Shown: positions 9,730 through 19,256, counted from the stretch's first letter. The stretch is DNA of 64,000 bases from Synechococcus sp. (GCA_047284725.1 JBJBEO010000001.1:1784203-1848202), one strand, 5' to 3'. Notes: generated from the sequence alone by a model not told the origin. Numbers and translations: made by a program.

Positions 9730-10215
9730 CTAGAACGCTGCAGCCATCAGACCGTCGGGACTGCCTGCTGCGCTCGCGTCCTGCCCGACCCCACTGGGGA
9801 TGGTCAACAACATGTTCCCAGCCAGGCACAGGCTTCCATCGCTGCCACGCACGAGATGCGACGAGATCTCTTCATCGAAACGGATTCCCAAGCCACAATC
9901 CGACTGACCGAACATGGAGCCGGGATTGGTGTATTTGATGACGCCCGTTACAACGACATCGTCTTGCTCACGATTGTCATGCAGATGAATCGTGATGCTT
10001 TCACCCTGGGCTGGCTTCCACTGTCCAGCCACCACGACGACGTAAATGCCAGACAAGCTGATGTCCAGCAAATCCGCATAAAAGATTTCACAATCAGCCG
10101 TCATGATCTTGATGACGTAATCGCTTTGAATCACGAAACGCTTGCGAGCCCTTCGTCCATCACCACCTGCTTCTCTTCGGCTCTTACGCCTGTCAGGAAT
10201 CCTGGTGTAGCTCAT
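9730..10215 (-). CDS. PilZ-domain protein (putative c-di-GMP receptor)
   Basis: RxxxR (RARKR), DxSxxG (DISLSG) and C-terminal GLGIRF. Confidence 0.75.
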   Translation of the reverse strand: MSYTRIPDRRKSRREAGGDGRRARKRFVIQSDYVIKIMTADCEIFYADLLDISLSGIYVVVVAGQWKPAQGESITIHLHDNREQDDVVVTGVIKYTNPGSMFGQSDCGLGIRFDEEISSHLVRGSDGSLCLAGNMLLTIPSGVGQDASAAGSPDGLMAAAF

Positions 10216-10472
10216 ACACTCTCTAAATGAAGTTGACTGAACAACGAAGCAATCGCCTAAATCAATAGGCAAATAGGCAAGAATTCCTACTGCAAAAACC
10301 CTGCATAAATCAAGTATGTGCCTTAACGAGAAGCCACAGGTCCACTGCAAGTGAAAAAAGACTGAGAATATGACTAAAGCCCCCACAGAAGACTGGACGT
10401 CTCCATCAACGGGTCTGCGGCAGCCGACACAGGGCTGCCAACACGTCACACCTGGCCACTAAGCGACTTCAA

Positions 10473-11072
10473 TCATCGCTGTTCACTTGAACGTTCCCTC
10501 GGAAACCGATACCAACGAAGCGCATAGCCAAGCTTGACCGCCTCTCCATCAACCTTGATCTCCAGCATGTCCGGACGGCCTGGGTAAAGTTCAAACCCCT
10601 CGGGCAGCGTCAGACTGAGCGATTTTCCCTGTTTGAGGATGCCTTCATACAACGTTTTTGCGGACAGATCGCGGATTTCCATCCAGCAATCGCTTTTCGC
10701 CAGGATCGTTGCTGAAATCAGGTTGCTGGCAGGGGAGACGCTCTCGATTGGCTGATCATCCTGACTCCGTGACCCTTGGCGCAGATGGTTGTAAGCGAGA
10801 AGACTCCCCACTGCCGCAGTGAAGACAACCATCAGAATGACGACCCGTTGGCGATGACGGGCCAGAAACGATCCAAGACCTGCCAGATCAGGAAAGTCCA
10901 GTCTTGGACGCTTTCTCGACTGCGCATCCGGTGACTTTGGCAAGCTTTTCTGCTCAGGCTTCGGCCTTGATTTGGACCAATTCAAGAGATCTTTTTCGGT
11001 GATTCCCAGAAGCCGATCAATCTCTCCGGGCTTATTCAGCAGTCGTTCAATTTCATGATCTTTTGGATCCAT
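10473..11072 (-). CDS. Membrane protein with RodZ C-terminal-like (DUF4115) domain
   Basis: Single TM, then DCWMEIRD...LYEGILKQG...GRPDMLEIKVDG. Confidence 0.75.
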   Translation of the reverse strand: MDPKDHEIERLLNKPGEIDRLLGITEKDLLNWSKSRPKPEQKSLPKSPDAQSRKRPRLDFPDLAGLGSFLARHRQRVVILMVVFTAAVGSLLAYNHLRQGSRSQDDQPIESVSPASNLISATILAKSDCWMEIRDLSAKTLYEGILKQGKSLSLTLPEGFELYPGRPDMLEIKVDGEAVKLGYALRWYRFPRERSSEQR

Positions 11073-11249
11073 CCATACCACCCAAACGACCAATCAAGGC
11101 GATGATCTTACATCCCAAGCCAAGCACGGAAGGCCAGGATGTTGACTATCTGGGCTGACCATAGCCCTCGGTGCAGGGCCATCTGCGTCATGGCTCGTCT
11201 GCTTGCATTGATGATTGCTCATCAAGCAAAGCCACGAGGTTGGGGCACC

Positions 11250-11915
11250 TCACCAAGGCAGCACCTCACCATTGGCATGCCAGAAGGTGCCGCTGGTGGC
11301 CAGCGTGAGGGCATCGATGCGAGCCAGCAATCCCTGTACGGACTGTTCTGGACTGATGCCGTTGGGATTGAACTTGATCATGCGGGTCCGAACCAACCCC
11401 GGATGCAGAATCGCCACGGCAATCCCTTTGGGGGCCAGATCATGGGCCAGTGACTTGCCAGCGATGTTCAGCGCCACCTTCGACATGCGATAGCCATAGG
11501 AGCCGCCTGAGGTGTTGTCATCGATGGATCCCATCCGGCTGGTCATCAAGGCCAACTTGCTGCCATGGCCCATCCTCTCCAGCAGGGCGCGGGCCAGGAG
11601 CAGGGGGGCCAGGGCGTTCACCTCGAACTGACGACGGATGCCCTCGGCATCGAGGTCCTCAAGCCCCATCGACTGCAGGATGCCGGCATTGAGAATCACA
11701 CCGTCGAGAACAACGCCCTCAAGACGCTGCACCAGTGCATGGATGGCGGTCTCACTGCTGAGCTCCACCCCTGCTTCCACGCGCACGTCGAGGGCATCGA
11801 GCTCCGGTGAGCCCTGCCGGCACACCGCAATCACCGCGTCACCGCGGCCCTGCAACTGCCTGCAGTACTCCAACCCAATCCCCCGATTGGCACCGGTCAC
11901 CAGAAAGGTCGCCAT
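11250..11915 (-). CDS. SDR oxidoreductase (C-factor/CsgA-like subfamily)
   Basis: TGANRGIG, SRMGSIDDNTSGGSYGYRMSK, HPGLVRT. Confidence 0.9.
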   Translation of the reverse strand: MATFLVTGANRGIGLEYCRQLQGRGDAVIAVCRQGSPELDALDVRVEAGVELSSETAIHALVQRLEGVVLDGVILNAGILQSMGLEDLDAEGIRRQFEVNALAPLLLARALLERMGHGSKLALMTSRMGSIDDNTSGGSYGYRMSKVALNIAGKSLAHDLAPKGIAVAILHPGLVRTRMIKFNPNGISPEQSVQGLLARIDALTLATSGTFWHANGEVLPW

Positions 11916-12000
11916 CGCGAGCACTGCACTGAAGCAGACGCCATCCTGATGCCAACGGATCGCCGAAGCTCGCCATAATCTCGCCAATCAGAGGCGCCCC

Positions 12001-12783
12001 ATGCAGAACGTCACCCCCAACCAACCGGGTGCCCAGGCAAGCCTGACCATCATTGCCGCCTTCACAGCTCTGATCATCGCGGTGGCCTCAGTCTTCGTCG
12101 TGCCAGCCGGAGAAGTCGCCGTGATCACAACGCTGGGCAAAGTGAGCGAAGCACCGCGGGTTCCAGGCCTCAACCTCAAAGCGCCCTTCCTGCAATCCGT
12201 GCACTTCTTCAATGTGCGCACCCAGGTGCGACCGGAGGAATTTTCCAGCCTCACCAAGGATCTGCAGGTGATCGAAGCCACGGCCACGATCAAATACGCC
12301 GTCAAACAAACGGAAGCACCTCGGGTCTACAGCACGATCTCCACGGGCAATGAGGGGATCTACGCCCGCATCATTCAGCCCTCACTGCTCAAGTCTCTGA
12401 AATCGGTGTTTTCAAAGTACGAACTGGTGGAAATTGCCACCGACTGGAACACCATTTCCTCCATTGTTGAAACGAGTGTGGCCAAGGAACTGGAAAAATT
12501 TGACTACGTCGATGTGAAGGGTCTGGATCTCACTGGCCTCAAGATTGCTGAGGAATACCGTTCAGCCATCGAGCAGAAGCAAATCGCCGAACAGCGTCTA
12601 CTGAAGGCCGAAACCGAAGTGAAGATCGCTGAGCAGGAAGCGATCAAATTTGAAACACTCAACAAGGGCCTCAACGAACGGGTGCTCTACAAACTCTTCC
12701 TCGACAAATGGGATGGGCAGACACAAGTGGTGCCTGGCCTATCCGGTGCAGGAACCCCGCCGGTGATCGTGGGGCGGTCGTGA
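12001..12783 (+). CDS. Prohibitin/SPFH family protein
   Basis: TM, VVPAGEVAVITTLG, TKDLQ, AIEQKQIAEQ, KWDG. Confidence 0.92.
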   Translation: MQNVTPNQPGAQASLTIIAAFTALIIAVASVFVVPAGEVAVITTLGKVSEAPRVPGLNLKAPFLQSVHFFNVRTQVRPEEFSSLTKDLQVIEATATIKYAVKQTEAPRVYSTISTGNEGIYARIIQPSLLKSLKSVFSKYELVEIATDWNTISSIVETSVAKELEKFDYVDVKGLDLTGLKIAEEYRSAIEQKQIAEQRLLKAETEVKIAEQEAIKFETLNKGLNERVLYKLFLDKWDGQTQVVPGLSGAGTPPVIVGRS

Positions 12784-12809
12784 TACGGGCCTGACATCCC
12801 CTCACACCA

Positions 12810-13052
12810 ATGGCTATGACTGGATCAGCCATGACAGATCCGATGCGCTGGGTTGGTCTTCTCGCTTTACCCCTGCTGGCCATGCCAGCGATCGCAGGTT
12901 CAGCGACCGGTGGCGCCAGCACCGAACAGATGGCCACTGCAGAAGCAGAGCGCCAGGTTCCCCGAGGCGCCACGATCACCAAAACCGTGTGCAAAGCCAT
13001 CGGCGCCGCCGGCAATAACGACAACTACCGCTGCACGGTGCACTGGGACTGA
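12810..13052 (+). CDS. Small secreted protein with a Cys pair
   Basis: Signal peptide; C...YRCTVHW. Confidence 0.6.
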   Translation: MAMTGSAMTDPMRWVGLLALPLLAMPAIAGSATGGASTEQMATAEAERQVPRGATITKTVCKAIGAAGNNDNYRCTVHWD

Positions 13053-13085
13053 GCCACCATCCTTGAACGACGCGGAAGCAACCGT

Positions 13086-14456
13086 TCAGAAGCGATCCAG
13101 CCGTCCGGCAGCAGGGAGCCAGAGAGCATTCACCACGGCACGCGACGCATCGGTGCGCAAGGCGAGGGTGTCGGCATCAATCCAGCCGATGCTCCCAGGC
13201 GAGCGGCGCGAGCTGATCAGCGTGAGCAGCAACTGATCAGCCACTGGATCGAAATGCAACCCGGAATTGGGGGCCAACCGCCAGGGGCCAAGGGTGCGTT
13301 GCCGCACCACCGTGCCATCACGATCGAGTTGCAACAGGGTATCCACCGCCTCAGGCCGCGTCTCGCGCAGGATCACCCACAGCCGTTCACCACCGTTGTC
13401 GCAGGCGACGGCCATCACCGCCTGCTCCCCGAGCCAGATCTGCCGGGGAGGAAGGCCAGGAATCACCAGCTCCACAGAGCGGCGATAGTCGGGCCAATGC
13501 CGCACCAGCAGTGCCCGGCCGGAACCCGTGCAGAACGCCCGCAGATCTCGGCTGCCGGGGAGCACCTGACGCTTGCTGGCATCGCCTTGCACTGCGGCGA
13601 GAGACAGCAATTCAAGACCGTTGTAGCCAGGCACCACCATCCCCGTCCCATCAGGCAGGAGGCGAACCGGACCCGCCAGTTGGAGGTTCAGGTCTCTGCG
13701 TTGGCCGTCGGCACTGCGTAACCAGAGCTGATCGCTTCCGGGTTCAATGCGCCCAGCCTGCACGATCAGATCACCGCGCAGGTTGCTGCTCACATGGGCA
13801 TATAACTGTCCCGTGTCCGTGAGCTGCTCGAGATCCCCGAGTCGCGGCGTGCCGAGGGAGGCGACATCGACACCCAGGGCACGGGGAGTGAGTGTGCGAA
13901 GCCCGACGGCCTGATCGCCCTGGGCATCAACCGCCACAAAGGCAACGCCACGGCCGTTCCCCAGAGGCTCCATCTGAACGATGCTCGGCCAAACATCCGT
14001 GAGAGCCAGCCAACGGCCATCACGACCTTGCATCTGCACCTGCTCACCGCCATCGCTCTGAACCACGGCCAACAGCGTGGGACGCGGATCCCAGAACAGC
14101 GAGTGGGGTGGCAAGGACAGACCACGCACATCGGAACCCGCCAGCCTCACCTCGATCGGCGCCTCCAATCCATCAGCCTGATTCAGGAGCAGACGCCAGG
14201 CGTTGTCGGCTCCGAACCAGAGGTGCGCCAGCGATGGGCTCAGAGCACTCTGTGATTCCAGCGAGCGCAGGCGCATGGGGCGACTGAAGCGCAGATCCAG
14301 GGCTGCCGCACTGGAACGAAGCGGCTGAATCGCCACCTCCCGCAATCGAGGAGAGCGACGCAGCAACACCTGTTGCTGAATCAGCGCCAGCAGCGTCAGC
14401 CCCCCCAGGGCCAGCAGGAGAGAGCGCGGCCAGGCCCGCAGATTGAATCGACTCAT
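13086..14456 (-). CDS. Periplasmic Ig-like/beta-propeller-type protein of the permease operon
   Basis: N-terminal TM, LRFSRPM; ATGA overlap with the TIGR03943 gene. Confidence 0.7.
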   Translation of the reverse strand: MSRFNLRAWPRSLLLALGGLTLLALIQQQVLLRRSPRLREVAIQPLRSSAAALDLRFSRPMRLRSLESQSALSPSLAHLWFGADNAWRLLLNQADGLEAPIEVRLAGSDVRGLSLPPHSLFWDPRPTLLAVVQSDGGEQVQMQGRDGRWLALTDVWPSIVQMEPLGNGRGVAFVAVDAQGDQAVGLRTLTPRALGVDVASLGTPRLGDLEQLTDTGQLYAHVSSNLRGDLIVQAGRIEPGSDQLWLRSADGQRRDLNLQLAGPVRLLPDGTGMVVPGYNGLELLSLAAVQGDASKRQVLPGSRDLRAFCTGSGRALLVRHWPDYRRSVELVIPGLPPRQIWLGEQAVMAVACDNGGERLWVILRETRPEAVDTLLQLDRDGTVVRQRTLGPWRLAPNSGLHFDPVADQLLLTLISSRRSPGSIGWIDADTLALRTDASRAVVNALWLPAAGRLDRF

Positions 14457-15163
14457 GGTTCCAACGGACGCGCAGGTCTGGGGATGGCCGTGATCTGTGT
14501 GGGCTTCACCGCATTGCGCACCTCGCCGTTGACCTCCTCCACCACCATCGTCCCTTTGATCTGCAACCAGGTGTCGGTGTTCGGAGTGAAATCCTGCGGC
14601 CATACCACCGGCAATCCCGATGGGGAAGCATCCGCCAGACAGCAACGAACCATCAGGCGCGCCAGCTGTGGAGGCCCCTCCGCAGGCTGAAACACGAACC
14701 CACTGATGGAGAGTGGCGCACCCTCATGCAACGAAGGGTCGGGTTGCGTGCGCAGCAAGCGCACCCACTCGGTCAGAGTGCGCTGTTCCGGCGGCAGGAC
14801 GAAAGCCAGCTGTGGCGCCTCTGGAAGACTTGAGGGTCGGCTGCTAGCCAGATCACTGAAGGAGGGTTCAGGGGGCAGAAGCAACACCAGGACGGCCATC
14901 AGCACACTGAGCCACCAACCCCTGGGAAGCGGTTGCGACAGAAGGCGATCGCTCGCCCTGCCCTGCCAGACAACCAGGCACTGCAGGAGGCCAAGCGCCA
15001 TCAGCAAAGCACCACCAATCCCCACCACTGGGTGATAGATGGCCCGCAACAACAGATCGAGCCGACCGGACACCGTGCTCCACACCATCACCCATCCCCA
15101 CAGCACCAATTGCAGGGGCAGGCCCAGGGCTTGCCATCGACGACGAAACGACATCAGCTTCAC
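14453..15163 (-). CDS. TIGR03943/DUF1980 putative permease subunit
   Basis: LARLMVRCCLADA..GLPV..DTWLQIKG. Confidence 0.85.
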   Translation of the reverse strand: MKLMSFRRRWQALGLPLQLVLWGWVMVWSTVSGRLDLLLRAIYHPVVGIGGALLMALGLLQCLVVWQGRASDRLLSQPLPRGWWLSVLMAVLVLLLPPEPSFSDLASSRPSSLPEAPQLAFVLPPEQRTLTEWVRLLRTQPDPSLHEGAPLSISGFVFQPAEGPPQLARLMVRCCLADASPSGLPVVWPQDFTPNTDTWLQIKGTMVVEEVNGEVRNAVKPTQITAIPRPARPLEP

Positions 15164-16122
15164 ATCTGCACGAAATTGACCCATTGCCCGATCAGCAGCA
15201 CCAGCAACGACGCCGCCAGCGCTGTCACACCAATCGCTTTTGGGCGTAACAGCACGGTGAAGAGACCCGCCAGCTTGAGGTCAACCACCGGGCCCAGCAG
15301 CAGAAAAGCGAGCAAGGCCCCCGGGGTCACCTGGGCGGCAAACCCGAGCGCCAGAAAGGCATCAACGCTGGAGCAGACCGACACCACCAGGGCCAGCAGC
15401 ATCAAGGCCAGCACCGAGAGGGTTGGGGCTGAGCCCACCGCCAGCAACCAGGCCCGCGGCAGCCAAGCCTGAACAGCGGCAGCCAGGCCACAACCAACCA
15501 GCAAAAGCACCAGCAAACCGAGAAATTCTCGGCTGCTGTGGTGGAGCACCTCCACCAATGACAGTTTGGATGCGCTGGTTGACGCAGAAGAGAACGGAGC
15601 GGACTCCGCCCCGAGGACGCCGCTGCCACGCTCCAAAAGCCCCACCTCAGCAAGGGGCTGACTCAACCTGCGCTCCTCAAGCAACGCAGGGACCAACAGA
15701 GCCCTTTCGCCCAGGAGCCCCAGCAGAGCACTGAGGGCCAGAGCAATCAGAAAAGCCCCCAGGGGGCGAGCCACCAACAGCCAGGGTTGATCCGGGAAAG
15801 CAGCCCAAGTACTGGCCAACACGATCGGATTGAGCACCGGTGCAGCAAACAGGAAGCCGAAACCGGTGCCGAGCGGAGCACCGCTGGCCAGTAAACGCCG
15901 TGCGACAGGCACATTGCCGCACTCACACGCGGGCAACGCAAAGCCCAGGAGAGCGCCGACAACCGGGGCCAGGAGTGGATTCCGCGGCAATCGGCGCACC
16001 CAGGCGGCCTGAGGCACAAGCCAGCGCGCCAGGGCCGCGATCGCCACCCCCAACAACAGAAACGGAAGCGACTCAATCAGCAAACCCTGAAAGATCGCCC
16101 ATGTATTGGCCAGTCGCTGCAT
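15160..16122 (-). CDS. Predicted permease (DUF318/ArsP_1 family)
   Basis: ESLPFLLLG, PACECGNVPVARRL, SVCSSVDAF, GPVVDLK. Confidence 0.9.
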   Translation of the reverse strand: MQRLANTWAIFQGLLIESLPFLLLGVAIAALARWLVPQAAWVRRLPRNPLLAPVVGALLGFALPACECGNVPVARRLLASGAPLGTGFGFLFAAPVLNPIVLASTWAAFPDQPWLLVARPLGAFLIALALSALLGLLGERALLVPALLEERRLSQPLAEVGLLERGSGVLGAESAPFSSASTSASKLSLVEVLHHSSREFLGLLVLLLVGCGLAAAVQAWLPRAWLLAVGSAPTLSVLALMLLALVVSVCSSVDAFLALGFAAQVTPGALLAFLLLGPVVDLKLAGLFTVLLRPKAIGVTALAASLLVLLIGQWVNFVQM

Positions 16123-16190
16123 CTCAGTCGCTTCTCGCCTTGATCATGACGCGCCCGAACGGGCACGCAACGGGATGCATGGCACCCGGA

Positions 16191-16207
16191 ATGAGAACGA
16201 TTATCAT
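16191..16207. promoter_or_regulatory. Zur box
   Basis: A-TGAGAAC-G-ATTATCA-T, 2 mismatches to the cyanobacterial TGATAATnATTATCA palindrome, between divergent permease and znuA-like genes. Confidence 0.75.
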
Positions 16208-16238
16208 CCCTTCGGAAAACCGATGCTTCGCCCCTGAC

Positions 16239-17159
16239 TTGGCACGACCAACAACGTTCTTCCTGCCAGTGCTCACAGCGCTTGTTATCGCATCGCTCCC
16301 CCCGGCCGCAGCGGCCGCGGTGCCAACCGTGGTGGCAGGCGATGGCGTGCTCTGTGATCTCACCCGCACCCTGTCCGGCGGTGCCACAGACGTGCGCTGC
16401 ATCCTGGCTCCCGGCACCGATCCCCACCATTTCCAACTGACACCCAGGAATCGGCGCGATGTCGGCGCAGCCGACCTGGTGCTGATCAATGGCTATGGAC
16501 TCACCCCCACATTGGCGCGTCTGAGCGGATCGTTCACCCTGGTTGCCGTTGGCGAGGAGGCGGTTCCCGGCAACCCCTCCCAGGACCCCCATCTCTGGCA
16601 CAGCCCCGTCAACACAAGCGCCATGGCCGCTGTGGTGTCGCGCAGGCTGCAAGACCTCCCTGTCAGTCGTGAATCGAAAACCGGCTTGCAACGACGCCAA
16701 CAAGCCGTGACCGGCATTCTTCGTGATCTGGACCAATGGAATCGTCGACAGATCGCGACGATTCCGTCAGCCCATCGTGCCTTGGTGTCCGAACACCTTG
16801 CCTTTGGCTTTTTCGCCGACCGCTACGGCTTGAACCATGTCGCCATGATCGACGATTACGCGACAGGAGGACAACTGCGCCCCTCCAGCCTGAACCGCAT
16901 CAGTGATGCCGTGAAAGCATCCAACACAAAGGTTTTATTTGCAGAACAACGCCCTCCATCCAAAACCCTGCGACGGATCAGCAAGCGCTCTGGTAAACCC
17001 ATTGCCTCGACAATTCTTTTCGCCGATGGCACTGCACCCAACAAGAGTTTGATCGAGACAGCAACTGCAAACACCTGTAATCTCGTGAAAGCCCAGGGTG
17101 GAACCTGCGACCAGACAGGTGCGAATTCCCTTCAACAGCGCTGGGAAGCGGTGCGCTGA
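16239..17159 (+). CDS. znuA: Metal (Zn) ABC transporter substrate-binding protein, ZnuA-like
   Basis: DPHHF, DPHLWHSP, EHLAFGFFADRYGL; TTG start inferred from the signal peptide. Confidence 0.85.
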   Translation: MARPTTFFLPVLTALVIASLPPAAAAAVPTVVAGDGVLCDLTRTLSGGATDVRCILAPGTDPHHFQLTPRNRRDVGAADLVLINGYGLTPTLARLSGSFTLVAVGEEAVPGNPSQDPHLWHSPVNTSAMAAVVSRRLQDLPVSRESKTGLQRRQQAVTGILRDLDQWNRRQIATIPSAHRALVSEHLAFGFFADRYGLNHVAMIDDYATGGQLRPSSLNRISDAVKASNTKVLFAEQRPPSKTLRRISKRSGKPIASTILFADGTAPNKSLIETATANTCNLVKAQGGTCDQTGANSLQQRWEAVR

Positions 17160-17203
17160 AAAGCCGAACCTTTCTCATTGCAATTCTTCGATTTCCTCAG
17201 ACC

Positions 17204-18241
17204 ATGATCCGCTTCAATCTCTCATCGTCAGCCCTGACGTTTCTTGGACTTCTCACACCTTTAGGGCTCACTGTCGCCTATCCACTGTCCGCCGAAGCAG
17301 GTGCTGGCCACAACCACGGTGGAGGCTCCGAGGAAGAACTTGAGAGCGGCGAATTTCGTTCCATGCCGGTGATCACCCTCGAAGGCCATGGTGGTTATGA
17401 AAACAACCTCGAAGGCAAACCAGCCCACTACGCCATTGATGGGATGTTCGGCGCAGTGATGGAATGGGGGCTTCCAAATCAGGGCAGTTTCGCGATTGAG
17501 GCCGCCATCGGACCAGCCTTGGTCTGGGGTGAAGCCGAGCACTTCTATGGCCGGGTTGAACTGGAAGAAGAGGAAGGCGAGGAAGCCCATGGCGACGAGG
17601 ACCATGGTGATGAGGACCATGGCGACGAGGAGCATGGTGACGAGGATCACGCCGAACACGGCGAGGAGGGGCATGGCCACGCAGAGGGCCAGCCGTACCG
17701 ACGCATCGACATGAAGGGCATGCTTCAGGCCCGTTACCAACCCAACGATCGGCTGGCCATTTCAGCCACTTGGAAGCCTTACTTCGTCACCAAATCCCAG
17801 GGGGAAGACATTCAAGGCGTCAAGCACGAAGTGTCCGCCGACATCACCTATGCCTTCGGAGATGGAGACGTCAACTTTGCTCTGGGTGATGGCCTGGAAT
17901 CAGTGATCGATGGAGTTTTTGTGTCGGTCAGCAACCACTCGGGCTGGGAGAGTGATGGCGTTTACCTCGGCAACTACACCGACACCAGGGCAGGGTTTGG
18001 CTTCAATTACGACCAGCTCAACGTCACCCTGACCGGTGGGCCACGCTTCTATACACCCGGCTCCTATTCAGGCCTCTCTCAACGCACGGACTGGGGCGGC
18101 GAGATTGCCCTGGAATACCCCATTTCTGATTCGGTCATTGCGTTCGCCCACTGGGAAGCGGTTTACAGCACCGCCTCCGGCGAGGGTTGGGGCAAAGGAT
18201 TCCAAAACCACGTCGGCACTGGATTAACGTTCCGCTTCTAA
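17204..18241 (+). CDS. His/Asp/Glu-rich predicted outer-membrane beta-barrel protein
   Basis: Signal peptide, amphipathic beta pattern, C-terminal Phe (GLTFRF), HGDED repeats. Confidence 0.75.
   Translation: MIRFNLSSSALTFLGLLTPLGLTVAYPLSAEAGAGHNHGGGSEEELESGEFRSMPVITLEGHGGYENNLEGKPAHYAIDGMFGAVMEWGLPNQGSFAIEAAIGPALVWGEAEHFYGRVELEEEEGEEAHGDEDHGDEDHGDEEHGDEDHAEHGEEGHGHAEGQPYRRIDMKGMLQARYQPNDRLAISATWKPYFVTKSQGEDIQGVKHEVSADITYAFGDGDVNFALGDGLESVIDGVFVSVSNHSGWESDGVYLGNYTDTRAGFGFNYDQLNVTLTGGPRFYTPGSYSGLSQRTDWGGEIALEYPISDSVIAFAHWEAVYSTASGEGWGKGFQNHVGTGLTFRF
17588..17647. repeat. 15-bp in-frame tandem repeat x4 encoding HGDE[DE]
   Basis: CATGG(C/T)GA(C/T)GAGGAN units. Confidence 0.9.
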
Positions 18242-18248
18242 GTGCTTA

Positions 18249-18277
18249 AGGGTGATCACGTTGATCGTGATCACCCT
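18249..18277. terminator. Hairpin between convergent genes (likely terminator)
   Basis: Perfect 12-bp inverted repeat AGGGTGATCACG-TTGAT-CGTGATCACCCT. Confidence 0.7.
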
Positions 18278-18283
18278 CCCTTT

Positions 18284-18694
18284 TCAAGCAGAGGGTTGGC
18301 CGGCTTGGGGTCTGCAACGGCCACACAACCCGTAAAACTCCAGGGTGTGGAACAACACCTCATAGCCATCCTGCTGATCCGCAGGAATGGTGATCGAATG
18401 GAGGGGACAGGTGGCAAGCTGCTGTGTCTCACCACAGCTCACACACGTGAGGTGATGGCGGTCACGGGCCACCGGCGCGTAAAGGGCTTCCCCCGTTGGC
18501 AGCTGACGGCAACGCACCAGACCCATCTGCTGCAGGTGCCGCAGATGGCGATAAACCGTAGCGAGGCCCATCGCCTGATCGGCCTTGAGGAGGGCCCGAT
18601 GCAGCTGCTGACCACTGAGCTCGTCGTCGTTCGCTTCCAACAGAGCGATCAATCTCTGTTGCTTGTCACTGATGTCGACCTGAGAACCGGCCAT
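18284..18694 (-). CDS. zur: Zinc uptake regulator (Fur family)
   Basis: SGQQLH, MGLATVYR, LPTGEALYAPV.RDRHHLTCVSCG, FHTLEFYGLCGRC resemble marine Synechococcus Zur; context is Zn uptake genes. Confidence 0.88.
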   Translation of the reverse strand: MAGSQVDISDKQQRLIALLEANDDELSGQQLHRALLKADQAMGLATVYRHLRHLQQMGLVRCRQLPTGEALYAPVARDRHHLTCVSCGETQQLATCPLHSITIPADQQDGYEVLFHTLEFYGLCGRCRPQAGQPSA

Positions 18695-19088
18695 TACAAG
18701 GATCTGACCTCTCCATCATCCATCGCCACAGCGCCTCTGCACAAGCCTGGCGAGTGGATCCCGAGGCACTGGCATCCGATCCCTCGAAGGAGGACAATCA
18801 TGCTCAACAGACCCTTCATTGAAGGCAAGCACCTGCCCCTATGCCTGGCGTCATCACAGCATTGATCGCGCTGTATCTCCACTGCTGGTGGTGCGTGCGC
18901 ACCAGTAATTCCGCGGCACTCAAACGAAGCTGGCCCTATCCCCGCGCCTTGAAGGTGAATGGCGATCTCTACCGACGGCCCAGACGACGGGTCGGCCGCA
19001 GTCACGCCCGCATCAAAGCCCGCACGGCATGGATGCAGTCCTGATCTGACGGCAGCCCCAAGCCGATGCAAGCCTGGCGTTGAGACAC

Positions 19089-19120
19089 AAAAAACCCCCG
19101 GGTGTCTCACGCCCGGGGGT
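19089..19120 (-). terminator. Rho-independent terminator (possible 3' end of an sRNA)
   Basis: ACCCCCGGG/CCCGGGGGT stem followed by a U-run on the minus strand. Confidence 0.8.
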
Positions 19121-19256
19121 GGAAGGTTTTGCAGCAGCCCGTGTCCTGGACTGCGATTGTTCTAAGGCAGTTCGATGCTCGAGGCGTGACTGAATCCGTT
19201 GGCAGATGTGACCGGAGATGACTGACACGCCGATGGCCTGAAGCAAATCCTTCCAC

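Noticed and set aside
15840..16238. N-terminal extension of the ZnuA-like ORF
   Set aside because: It overlaps the divergent permease gene and the Zur box; the signal peptide begins near 16239
18841..19044. 67-aa ORF next to zur
   Set aside because: No motif or clear RBS; cannot be distinguished from a chance ORF
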